Part shown: in pieces, positions 9,217 to 19,736 of the stretch
How the letters are laid out: the number at the start of each line of letters is the position of its first letter
Position numbering within the stretch: position 1 is the stretch's first letter
Origin: a virus
Taxonomy: Duplodnaviria > Heunggongvirae > Uroviricota > Caudoviricetes
DNA: 38,529 bases
Strand: one strand, 5' to 3'
IMG/VR virus record: IMGVR_UViG_2563366802_000008
Program-made: the position numbers and the translations under genes
The notes under the pieces: generated by a model
What the model was told of the DNA's origin: nothing
The model's input: the letters and a program-made list of their open reading frames with translations, nothing else
Databases searched by the model: none

Positions 9217-10287
9217 ATGGCTAACGCCTGGCTCAGATTATGGCATGACATGCCAAATGACCCTAAGTGGCGAACAATTGCCAGGGTGTCAGGGCAGCCA
9301 ATTGCAACAGTGATGGCAGTGTATATCCACCTCCTGGTGAGCGCGTCACGAAATGTCACGCGAGGTCACATTGATGTCACGACAGAAGATTTGGCAAGTG
9401 CGCTCGACGTGACAGAAGAGGTAATTGATTCAATTTTGCAGACGATGCAGGGGCGGGTACTTGATGGTGATTTAATCACTGGATGGGAAAAACGCCAGGT
9501 GCTTAAAGAGGACAACGGCAATATTTCGCAAACCGCAAAATCTCCTGCAGAGCGCAAGAGGGCGCAGCGAGAGAGGGAAAGAAAGCGGGAACAAAATGGC
9601 GATTGTCACGGCGCGTCACGAAATGTCACGCACATGTCACGACGAGTCACGACAGATAAAGATACAGATAAAGATACAGATCAAGAAGATCAAAACACTA
9701 TGGTCCATGGCGTAAAAAACGCCACGAACCAGGCAGGGGATGTTCAGACCGTCAATCTTGGTCAGCCAGCAGGCACGACACCGGAAGCCGATTCAGCGTA
9801 TGCGCTGAAAGCCGATTCGGGCGCTGTGCAGCAGGTGATGACCGCAAGGCCGGAGCAATCACACCAACTGCAGCAGCCTGAAGCCGATTCCGCCATTCAG
9901 CGGGAAGCCGATCGGGTAGTCCCGGAAAACACCGGGCAGTCTGTGGGACGAGTGGATTATCCGGATGTGTTCGAACAGGTCTGGCGGGAGTACCCGTTGC
10001 GTGCCGGGGCAAACCCGAAGAAATCCGCTTTCAGTGCCTGGAAGGCCAGATTACGCGAGGGGGTGCCACCAGAGGCCATGCTGGATGGCGTGAGGCGTTA
10101 CGCAAGATACTTGGCGGCTACCGGGAAAACGGGAACGGAATTTGTTCAGCGAGCGACGACGTTTTTTGGACCGGACCGGAATTTTGAGAACTCCTGGTTG
10201 CTCCCGGTAAGCGGCACGAACAACCAGCGTTGTGTGAATCATATTTCTGAACCGGATAACGAAATTCCGCCGGGCTTCAGGGGGTAA
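9217..10287 (+). CDS. ydaU: YdaU-like replication initiation protein (lambda O-analogous position)
   Basis: ORF 9211-10287; ATG 9217 preceded by AAGAGGTGA; N-terminus MANAWLRLWHDMPNDPKWRTIA typical of the YdaU family; contains internal iteron-like repeats. Confidence 0.7.
   Translation: MANAWLRLWHDMPNDPKWRTIARVSGQPIATVMAVYIHLLVSASRNVTRGHIDVTTEDLASALDVTEEVIDSILQTMQGRVLDGDLITGWEKRQVLKEDNGNISQTAKSPAERKRAQRERERKREQNGDCHGASRNVTHMSRRVTTDKDTDKDTDQEDQNTMVHGVKNATNQAGDVQTVNLGQPAGTTPEADSAYALKADSGAVQQVMTARPEQSHQLQQPEADSAIQREADRVVPENTGQSVGRVDYPDVFEQVWREYPLRAGANPKKSAFSAWKARLREGVPPEAMLDGVRRYARYLAATGKTGTEFVQRATTFFGPDRNFENSWLLPVSGTNNQRCVNHISEPDNEIPPGFRG
9341..9678. repeat. Iteron-like GTCACG arrays plus tandem GATAAAGATACA repeat inside the replication gene (candidate origin)
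   Basis: GTCACG/GTCACA at 9345, 9355, 9365, 9376 and at 9605, 9615, 9625, 9636, 9646 (10-11 bp spacing); exact 20-mer GCGCGTCACGAAATGTCACG at 9341-9360 and 9611-9630; GATAAAGATACA x2 at 9655-9678. Confidence 0.55.
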
Positions 10288-10327
10288 GTGTTAATTTCTG
10301 GTCATGAGGTAATTTTCAGGAGGGCTT

Positions 10328-10750
10328 GTGGCAAAAGTTTTTACACAAGAAGAGCGGGAAAAAATTAAAGGACAGGTTCTTGAACTCGTACGCCAGAGTG
10401 GGCGCGAGACGTTACGACAACTGGAAGCTAAAACTGGGGCAACAAGATATCTGATGAGCGTTCTGGCCAGAGAGCTGGTTGCCAGTGGCGATGTATACAA
10501 TTCTGGCTACGGGTTATTCCCGTCTGAACAGGCTCGTAAAGACTGGCAAAATGCCCGCAAAAAATTATCGAGGGCAAAGCTGAAGAAACCGGTTGTGGTT
10601 GATCCGGACCTTATCTGGTCGTTACCTGACGGAGAAATACGTCGCTACGACAGTCGCCTAAACATAATCTGTCGCGAGTGCCGGAAGAGCGAAGTTATGC
10701 AGCGCATATTGTCGTTTTATCAGGGGGATGTTCGGTATTTATTGAAGTGA
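10328..10750 (+). CDS. Hypothetical protein (140 aa), GTG start
   Basis: ORF with GTG start 10328 preceded by AGGAGGG; no family recognised. Confidence 0.45.
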   Translation: MAKVFTQEEREKIKGQVLELVRQSGRETLRQLEAKTGATRYLMSVLARELVASGDVYNSGYGLFPSEQARKDWQNARKKLSRAKLKKPVVVDPDLIWSLPDGEIRRYDSRLNIICRECRKSEVMQRILSFYQGDVRYLLK

Positions 10751-10978
10751 CGAGATTAAAGTGCATTAGTTCAGATGCAAATTGACATTTTGTGGCACAG
10801 GGTAGAGCTAGCGTGGTTGTCCACTTTGTGCCAAAAGCGGACCTTTACGTATAGGAATATCGCGAATTAGTCGCACATGAAATGTCATTCCCGGAGACAT
10901 TATTTATTCAGACTTGTAAGGGTATGATTCATACAAACAGCGAATGCCTTCGATAATTTTATCTCGCTCGCCAGGAGA

Positions 10979-11425
10979 TCATTTGTAAAAATCAAAAAAT
11001 TCTTGGCAGTAGATACCAGATAACGCCAAATATACCAGGACGGCAACGTCTGGTTTTGGTCCTCTTTTTATCTCATCCAAATCTTTGTTTGTGCAGGAAC
11101 GCATGGTGTCCCTGATATTCGTATCGTTAGTTAACGATTCGCTGACCGCCAGCACTACTGCTCTCTCAGTATGACTGAGAGCATTACTGGCTGAAATAAT
11201 TCGCCCATAGAGTGCGGGATGTGGGGTATTATTACTTTCCGCTATCGCTTGCTGAACACGTTCCTCCTCTACTGGCATAAGGCGACTGATGAGATCGCTG
11301 AGCAAATCTTGCTTTGACTTATGATCGTACATTACCGTTGCCTTACTGACGCCAGCCTCTTTTGCAACGTCATCGATTGAAAGTCCAACTGCACCTTCCC
11401 GAAGAACAACCCTTTCGCGTTTCAT
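10979..11425 (-). CDS. TetR-family transcriptional regulator (short, about 148 aa)
   Basis: ORF 10979-11512; start taken at the internal Met (MKRERVVLREGAV...); N-terminal TetR-type HTH LSIDDVAKEAGVSKATVMYDHKSKQDLL; divergent from the downstream cassette. Confidence 0.65.
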   Translation of the reverse strand: MKRERVVLREGAVGLSIDDVAKEAGVSKATVMYDHKSKQDLLSDLISRLMPVEEERVQQAIAESNNTPHPALYGRIISASNALSHTERAVVLAVSESLTNDTNIRDTMRSCTNKDLDEIKRGPKPDVAVLVYLALSGIYCQEFFDFYK

Positions 11426-11585
11426 CGTTTCACCGGGTGAGGTCGTGCCAGCGCCGTCGCATCCAACATCATGCGGGCAGCAGCAGATCCCATGGATGCG
11501 AATAAAAACCATTATAACCTATTGATTATTATTTTTAAATTTTAATCCAGTGCTAGATTTCTGCTTATCCCTAGGAACTAAATCA

Positions 11586-11606
11586 TGGAGGTCGAGATTG
11601 CCTCCA
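11586..11606. promoter_or_regulatory. Inverted repeat TGGAGG-N9-CCTCCA between the TetR gene and the deaminase gene (candidate operator)
   Basis: Perfect 6-bp arms at 11586-11591 and 11601-11606 in the divergent intergenic region. Confidence 0.3.
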
Positions 11607-11726
11607 GATCCTTTTGAGTAAGTGTGCATTTTGTACATGAGGGTTTAGTCAACAAGGTCTTTATTTTGGATTAATCCTATGGTAAAAAAGAGAAAATTAA
11701 GAGTTTGGATATATAAGGTAATTAAA

Positions 11727-14052
<2,326 letters not shown>

Positions 14053-14740
14053 ATAGGATTGTGTAATTTTACACCCAAATGGATATTTGTAGATTTAGAT
14101 TTTGTAACTTGAAAATTAAATCATAGCATGGAACTACATAGAAATTATCTTAAGTAACTCCGCGAAGCGGAGCTACTTACTTCGACGTGGTCAATGTGTG
14201 GGCATGACCAGAAATAAATCCTTTTATTTCATTATGTGGAAGCGGTTTCAAAATCTCCATCGGGAGCTTTTTTGTTAGCATTGATATCTATTAACCAGAA
14301 TGTTCCTGTCCGCTTTTCGCTCAAAGCGGACTAGAAGGTTAGCTTGCGTCGGACTTGGCGTATTTAAAGAAGTGCTGGTGGTGACTGGTTGTTGTGTTCC
14401 ATTTCTACAGAATAAAATCACAGAAACTATACCCAATAGTTGTATTGAATCACTGACGAGACAGCCTCATATTTATCAGGACTGGTGTGCGTCTAATACA
14501 GGGGGTTGTCGTGCTGGTTCTCAAATGTGCGCTGGCTATTGCGGCTGTAATGGCAATTTATTGTCTTGCTGTTGTTCTTATGGAGCGGCTTTCTGATTGA
14601 TTACATACTGGCTAGAAAAAAGGTGTTACCTTGGTTTATCTTTGTCCGGCAAGGTGCGCTCATTAATCTTAAGTAAATTTATTGCTCAAGTATTCAGATT
14701 ACTTCTTATGGTTGAAGTCTCCTGTCAATGTAGAACCAAT

Positions 14741-14785
14741 ATATTTACAAAAATGAGACCCGTCGGGGATAGCCCTGCCGGGTCT
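14741..14785 (-). terminator. Putative rho-independent terminator downstream of the YeaR-like gene (possibly bidirectional)
   Basis: Inverted repeat AGACCCG (14756-14762) / CGGGTCT (14779-14785) with an internal GGGG/CCC sub-stem; minus-strand reading is followed by CATTTTTGTAAAT. Confidence 0.4.
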
Positions 14786-14814
14786 GACTGTTAAAGCATT
14801 TTTAATATGATCAT

Positions 14815-15153
14815 CTATTTTTTGGTGCTATAGACTTTTTCGCCCGAGAAGTCTGGAGCGACCCAAAAGTTAATATTAAACTGAGCATCATCGCTTAGTT
14901 CAACACGGTGCCAGTATTGTGGTGGGCTTGTTGCAAAAGCGCCAGCATTAATGACTACTTTTATCTCCGGTTCAGTAGCATTCTCATCAGTAAAACCATA
15001 ATATGTTACAGTGCCTTCCATTACGCACAACTGCCTAAAAACACCTGCTGCTGTATTATGATGTGTTAATAACGCTGAAGGTACGTTCTCTTTTGTGAAG
15101 AACGGAGTTGAGCGTTTGATTACCCAATCTTTAGGAATTCTCTTGTGTGTCAT
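14815..15153 (-). CDS. DUF1971/YeaR-like (TehB N-terminal domain-like) protein
   Basis: ORF 14815-15177; start chosen at ATG 15151-15153 preceded by GAGGAGG; RSTPFF...YWHRVELSDDAQFNINFWVAPD resembles recalled E. coli YeaR. Confidence 0.65.
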   Translation of the reverse strand: MTHKRIPKDWVIKRSTPFFTKENVPSALLTHHNTAAGVFRQLCVMEGTVTYYGFTDENATEPEIKVVINAGAFATSPPQYWHRVELSDDAQFNINFWVAPDFSGEKVYSTKK

Positions 15154-15966
15154 AACCACCTCCTCAAAAACATGCATTATAAATGCGTGTTTTTGAGGGT
15201 TATGTCAAGCTGTTATGAAACACATAATTGATATGTTGATTAGAGGAGAAGATATAATAAATATGGTTGTTTTTCGTATAACTATTTGTTTTACTTTTAG
15301 TTTATGCATTCTGTGTGTTAGGAATAAGTTATTAAAGTTTAATCAAAAAATCTCGATGTAGTCCACATAGATTATTGTTACTGAACCTTATTGTGTGTAT
15401 TAGTTGTGTTCTGAAATTTCAGCTTAATTATTTATGATGTATTTTTTAACGATAAATATTTTCCCAGGATACCTTTACTGTGTATATAAATAAATTATAT
15501 ACACATAAATAATGTAAAGGCGTCCTTTTAGATATATCTTATCAAATGTTAATGACTTGAGTGGGAAATATGATTCCAGCAACTTATCATGTGGCTACTT
15601 TATAAAAATAATGCCCATATAAAAAAACAAGCGAAAAGGATTACGGATAAAAAAGGAGCGAGATGTGCGAACTTGTTATTTTCCATGTTTAACCACCTTA
15701 AATAATTGATGATGACGGGATGATTGCATCTGTAATGCTTTTATTGAAATGTTATGATAAAAAAGAACTTTTGCATAACATTAAAATGTAATTTATCTAA
15801 TCGTTTTTAATAATAAATGTCGTATTTCTATCCTTGTACCAGCTATTTGATATGTAGTGTTTGTTCATGCTATGTGGGGCTTTACACCATAGCCAGTTTA
15901 TTTATACTTTATTCGTCAGCCTGAACAACTGGCATCTGCTGCGCTGCGCCATCGAGAGATTGAGAA

Positions 15967-16566
15967 ATGGCGCATATACAACTGGTCAAACAAACCTCTT
16001 CTGGTTTACTTCTCCCGGCGACGCCGGAGAGTTGCGATTTTCTGCATCAAATCAAAATAGGTGAGTGGATACACGCAGACTTTAAGCGTGTGCGTAACTA
16101 CGCATTCCACAAGCGTTTTTTCAAACTCCTGCAACTGGGATTCGATTACTGGACTCCGGTCGGTGGGGCGATCACGCCTCGCGAACGAGAACTGCTGTCT
16201 GGTTTCGTTGATTACCTGTGCGAATCAGTTGGTCGGGAACACACGCCAGCCCTGAGTGATGCCGCAGAGCAATACCTTAACACCGTTGCGACTCGTAGAA
16301 CCCGGGATACGGCGTTGCTAAAGTCGTTTGAGGCTTTCCGCGAGTGGGTAACCATTCAGGCCGGATTTTACACCGAGCATATTTATCCGGACGGTAGCCG
16401 TGGGCGTCGGGCAAAATCCATCGCTTTTGCGAATATGGACGAAGTCGAGTTTCAGCAGGTTTATAAATCTGTACTGAATGTGCTGTGGAACTGGATCCTG
16501 TTCCGTAAATTTTCCTCGCCGGAACAAGTCGAAAATGTGGCCGCGCAGTTGCTGGAGTTTGCGTAA
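15967..16566 (+). CDS. DUF1367-family lambdoid prophage protein (YdfU-like, nin region)
   Basis: 199 aa; MAHIQLVKQTSSGLLLPATPESCDFLHQIKIGEW... resembles recalled nin-region DUF1367 proteins. Confidence 0.65.
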   Translation: MAHIQLVKQTSSGLLLPATPESCDFLHQIKIGEWIHADFKRVRNYAFHKRFFKLLQLGFDYWTPVGGAITPRERELLSGFVDYLCESVGREHTPALSDAAEQYLNTVATRRTRDTALLKSFEAFREWVTIQAGFYTEHIYPDGSRGRRAKSIAFANMDEVEFQQVYKSVLNVLWNWILFRKFSSPEQVENVAAQLLEFA

Positions 16567-16856
16567 TGGTGAATTTATGTAAAGCGGCGCGGGGCCAGAT
16601 GTGCCAGGTCAGAATTCCTGGCTACTGCAATCACAATCCTGAAACGTCTGTACTGGCGCATTACCGGCTGGCGGGAACGTGCGGAACCGCGATAAAGCCA
16701 CACGATATGCAGGCGGCGATTGCCTGTAGCTCATGCCACGATTTAATCGACGGGAGAGTAAAAACCAGCGATTACACCAAAGAAGAATTACGCCTGATGC
16801 ATGCAGAAGGTGTTTTTCGCACACAAGAAATCTGGAGAAAGGAAGGTTATTTATGA
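16566..16856 (+). CDS. DUF1364-family protein (YbcO/YdaW-like, putative nuclease)
   Basis: 96 aa; LCKAARGQMCQVRIPGYCNHNPETSVLAHYRLAG...ACSSCHD cysteine pattern as in YbcO-like proteins. Confidence 0.65.
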   Translation: MVNLCKAARGQMCQVRIPGYCNHNPETSVLAHYRLAGTCGTAIKPHDMQAAIACSSCHDLIDGRVKTSDYTKEELRLMHAEGVFRTQEIWRKEGYL

Positions 16857-17395
16857 TTTACCCAACAAATACAGGAAAAAGCGGGGAACACCTTCGTCTC
16901 ACCACGCTGGAAAGTGTCTGGATTCAGGGGAAACTGCGTATGTGGGGGCGCTGGTCGTATATTGGCGGCGGTAAGACGGGGAATATGTTTAACCAGTTGC
17001 TGGCATCCAAAAAATTGACGAAAACAGCCATCAATGAAGCCCTGCGCAGAATGAAAAAAGCGGGAATGGATAAAATTGAGCTGGCGATATATTTTCGTGA
17101 GATGATCGAAGGAAAGCAAAAAAGCTGGCTGGCGCATTGTACGGATGCGGAGGCGTTATGCATTGATCGGGTGATTAGTGAAGTGCTGGCAAAACACCCA
17201 GGATTGATTTGTATCCTCCGGCAACGATATGAAGGGAGGGGGATGACTAAGCGTAAAATGGCTGAATTGCTGAATGATGCACATCCTGAGTGGTGTTTTA
17301 GCACATGCGAAAAGCGAATTGCTAATTGGTTAGCCGTTGCTGAATATGCCCTGTATATTCCCATGCGAGAATCATTTGCTCAAAAAATAGCTTGA
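16853..17395 (+). CDS. Putative late-gene antiterminator (Q-like), assigned mainly by position
   Basis: ORF 16733-17395; start chosen at ATG 16853 preceded by AAAGGAAGG and overlapping the upstream stop (ATGA); sits where lambdoid Q genes sit, upstream of tRNAs; family call tentative. Confidence 0.5.
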   Translation: MIYPTNTGKSGEHLRLTTLESVWIQGKLRMWGRWSYIGGGKTGNMFNQLLASKKLTKTAINEALRRMKKAGMDKIELAIYFREMIEGKQKSWLAHCTDAEALCIDRVISEVLAKHPGLICILRQRYEGRGMTKRKMAELLNDAHPEWCFSTCEKRIANWLAVAEYALYIPMRESFAQKIA

Positions 17396-17478
17396 TTTTT
17401 TACGCATAAATTGCTTCAATTCCGGTATGCTTCGCAAAGCTGTATCGCGAGGCGAACCAAGCGCATGAACTTTACCAG

Positions 17479-17507
17479 AACCCGCCATTGAGCGGGTTTT
17501 GTTGTTT
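17479..17507 (+). terminator. Putative rho-independent terminator downstream of the Q-like gene
   Basis: Stem AACCCGC / GCGGGTT with loop CATTGA, followed by TTTTGTTGTTT; a G9 homopolymer follows at 17510-17518. Confidence 0.4.
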
Positions 17508-17549
17508 CTGGGGGGGGGCATTTCGTTAAATGAAGCTGTGTTGTGCGCA

Positions 17550-17585
17550 ATTAGCTAATAACACGAATCGTGAATGTATATAATG
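17550..17585 (+). promoter_or_regulatory. Candidate promoter (extended -10-like TGTATATAAT) upstream of the tRNA genes / late region
   Basis: TATAAT-like hexamer around 17577-17583 with an upstream TG; no convincing -35; assigned by eye. Confidence 0.3.
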
Positions 17586-17731
17586 CGCTTGTTCCTTCGA
17601 TGGTGTATTTGAATAACGGATTACTGAATACAGCTATCCCATTAAGGGAACACCGCCATCTGCTCATCGGGAAGAGCCGACCATCATTTAAGTGGTAGGT
17701 GTGAGGTTCGATACCTCGGTGGCGGTTCTGT

Positions 17732-17807
<76 letters not shown>

Positions 17808-17810
17808 TAT

Positions 17811-17885
<75 letters not shown>

Positions 17886-18065
17886 GCATTTGAAATAAGT
17901 CTTATTGTATTGCAGCACTGGCGTATTTTTATTACGTGGGAGCAGGTTGTTTCGAAAAAGTATTCTGTTCTCTGGCTATGATTTGAGGCCAGGTGTAGCC
18001 TGATCTTACCCAGCAATAGTGGACACGCGGCTAAGTGAGTAAACTCTCAGTCAGAGGTGACTCAC

Positions 18066-18365
18066 ATGACAAAAACAGTATCAACCAGTAAAAAACCCCG
18101 TAAACAGCATTCGCCTGAATTTCGCAGTGAAGCCCTGAAGCTTGCTGAACGCATCGGTGTTACTGCCGCAGCCCGTGAACTCAGCCTGTATGAATCACAG
18201 CTCTACAACTGGCGCAGTAAACAGCAAAATCAGCAGACGTCTTCTGAACGTGAACTGGAGATGTCTACCGAGATTGCACGTCTCAAACGCCAGCTGGCAG
18301 AACGGGATGAAGAGCTGGCTATCCTCCAAAAGGCCGCGACATACTTCGCGAAGCGCCTGAAATGA
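18066..18365 (+). CDS. insE: IS3 transposase OrfA (InsE)
   Basis: ORF 18057-18365; [31 protein letters not shown]... matches recalled IS3 InsE. Confidence 0.9.
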
Positions 18366-19228
18366 AGTATGTCTTTATTGAAAAACATCAGGCTGAGTTC
18401 AGCATCAAAGCAATGTGCCGCGTGCTCCGGGTGGCCCGCAGCGGCTGGTATACGTGGTGTCAGCGGCGGACAAGGATAAGCACGCGTCAGCAGTTCCGCC
18501 AACACTGCGACAGCGTTGTCCTCGCGGCTTTTACCCGGTCAAAACAGCGTTACGGTGCCCCACGCCTGACGGATGAACTGCGTGCTCAGGGTTACCCCTT
18601 TAACGTAAAAACCGTGGCGGCAAGCCTGCGCCGTCAGGGACTGAGGGCAAAGGCCTCCCGGAAGTTCAGCCCGGTCAGCTACCGCGCACACGGCCTGCCT
18701 GTGTCAGAAAATCTGTTGGAGCAGGATTTTTACGCCAGTGGCCCGAACCAGAAGTGGGCAGGAGACATCACGTACTTACGTACAGATGAAGGCTGGCTGT
18801 ATCTGGCAGTGGTCATTGACCTGTGGTCACGTGCCGTTATTGGCTGGTCAATGTCGCCACGCATGACGGCGCAACTGGCCTGCGATGCCCTGCAGATGGC
18901 GCTGTGGCGGCGTAAGAGGCCCCGGAACGTTATCGTTCACACGGACCGTGGAGGCCAGTACTGTTCAGCAGATTATCAGGCGCAACTGAAGCGGCATAAT
19001 CTGCGTGGAAGTATGAGCGCAAAAGGTTGCTGCTACGATAATGCCTGCGTGGAAAGCTTCTTTCATTCGCTGAAAGTGGAATGTATCCATGGAGAACACT
19101 TTATCAGCCGGGAAATAATGCGGGCAACGGTGTTTAATTATATCGAATGTGATTACAATCGGTGGCGGCGGCACAGTTGGTGTGGCGGCCTCAGTCCGGA
19201 ACAATTTGAAAACAAGAACCTCGCTTAG
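18362..19228 (+). CDS. insF: IS3 transposase OrfB (InsF), DDE integrase-type catalytic domain
   Basis: 288 aa; [32 protein letters not shown]... matches recalled IS3 InsF; overlaps insE as expected for a -1 frameshift fusion. Confidence 0.9.
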
Positions 19229-19258
19229 GCCTGTGTCCATATTACGTGGGTAGGATCA

Positions 19259-19599
19259 GAGAACTGAAGCTGGCGAACGCGGCAATTACTGACATGCAGA
19301 TGCGCCAGCGTGATGTTGCTGCACTGGATGAAAAATACACGAAGGAGTTAGCTAATGCGAAAGCTGAAAATGATGCTCTGCGTGATGATGTTGCCGCTGG
19401 TCGTCGTCGGTTGCACATCAAAGCAGTCTGTCAGTCAGTGCGTGAAGCCACCACCGCCTCCGGCGTGGATAATGCAGCCTCCCCCCGACTGGCAGACACC
19501 GCTGAACGGGATTATTTCACCCTCCGGGAACGACTGGTAATGATGCAGGCCCAACTTGAAGGTGCTCAGCAATACATAACCGAACAGTGTTTAAAGTAA
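19259..19599 (+). pseudogene. rzpR: Rz (i-spanin) 3' fragment, truncated by the IS3 insertion/deletion
   Basis: Reading frame entering from the IS3 right end encodes ...[60 protein letters not shown]..., the C-terminal two-thirds of Rz; no N-terminus or start codon on the other side of IS3. Confidence 0.75.
19355..19540 (+). CDS. rzoR: Rz1 o-spanin lipoprotein (RzoR), nested in the Rz +1 frame
   Basis: 61 aa; [24 protein letters not shown] lipobox and proline-rich [15 protein letters not shown]; embedded within the Rz fragment. Confidence 0.8.
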
Positions 19600-19736
19600 A
19601 ATCTTAACTACAATATGATTCATTTTGATGATTGTTTCATAAGGAACAGTGAAGTAAGATCTAAGAGGAGTTAAATTTTATACAGTATAATCATAATATT
19701 GCAGCAAGGTGGTTATAATTGAAAGAATATTTAGAT

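Larger units (their letters stand above)
18001..19258 (+). mobile_element. IS3 insertion sequence (complete, about 1258 bp)
   Basis: Left end TGATCTTACCCAGCAATAGTGGACACGCGGC at 18001; right end ...GGCCTGTGTCCATATTACGTGGGTAGGATCA ending 19258; encodes overlapping insE/insF. Confidence 0.9.

Noticed and set aside
9345-9651. Possible CRISPR array suggested by regularly spaced short repeats
   Set aside because: Repeat unit is only 6 bp at about 10-bp spacing, lies inside a coding sequence and has no spacer/repeat architecture; iterons are the better explanation.
11679-11726. Upstream start (MVKKRKLRVWIYKVIK) for the deaminase
   Set aside because: No RBS; the ATG at 11727 follows AAGGTA and places the HxH motif at the normal distance from the N-terminus.
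16924-17364. 146-aa and 96-aa minus-strand ORFs
   Set aside because: Antisense to the Q-like gene; no supporting signals.
18142-18505. Alternative-frame ORFs inside IS3
   Set aside because: Overlap the well-characterised insE/insF frames; IS3 coding organisation is established.
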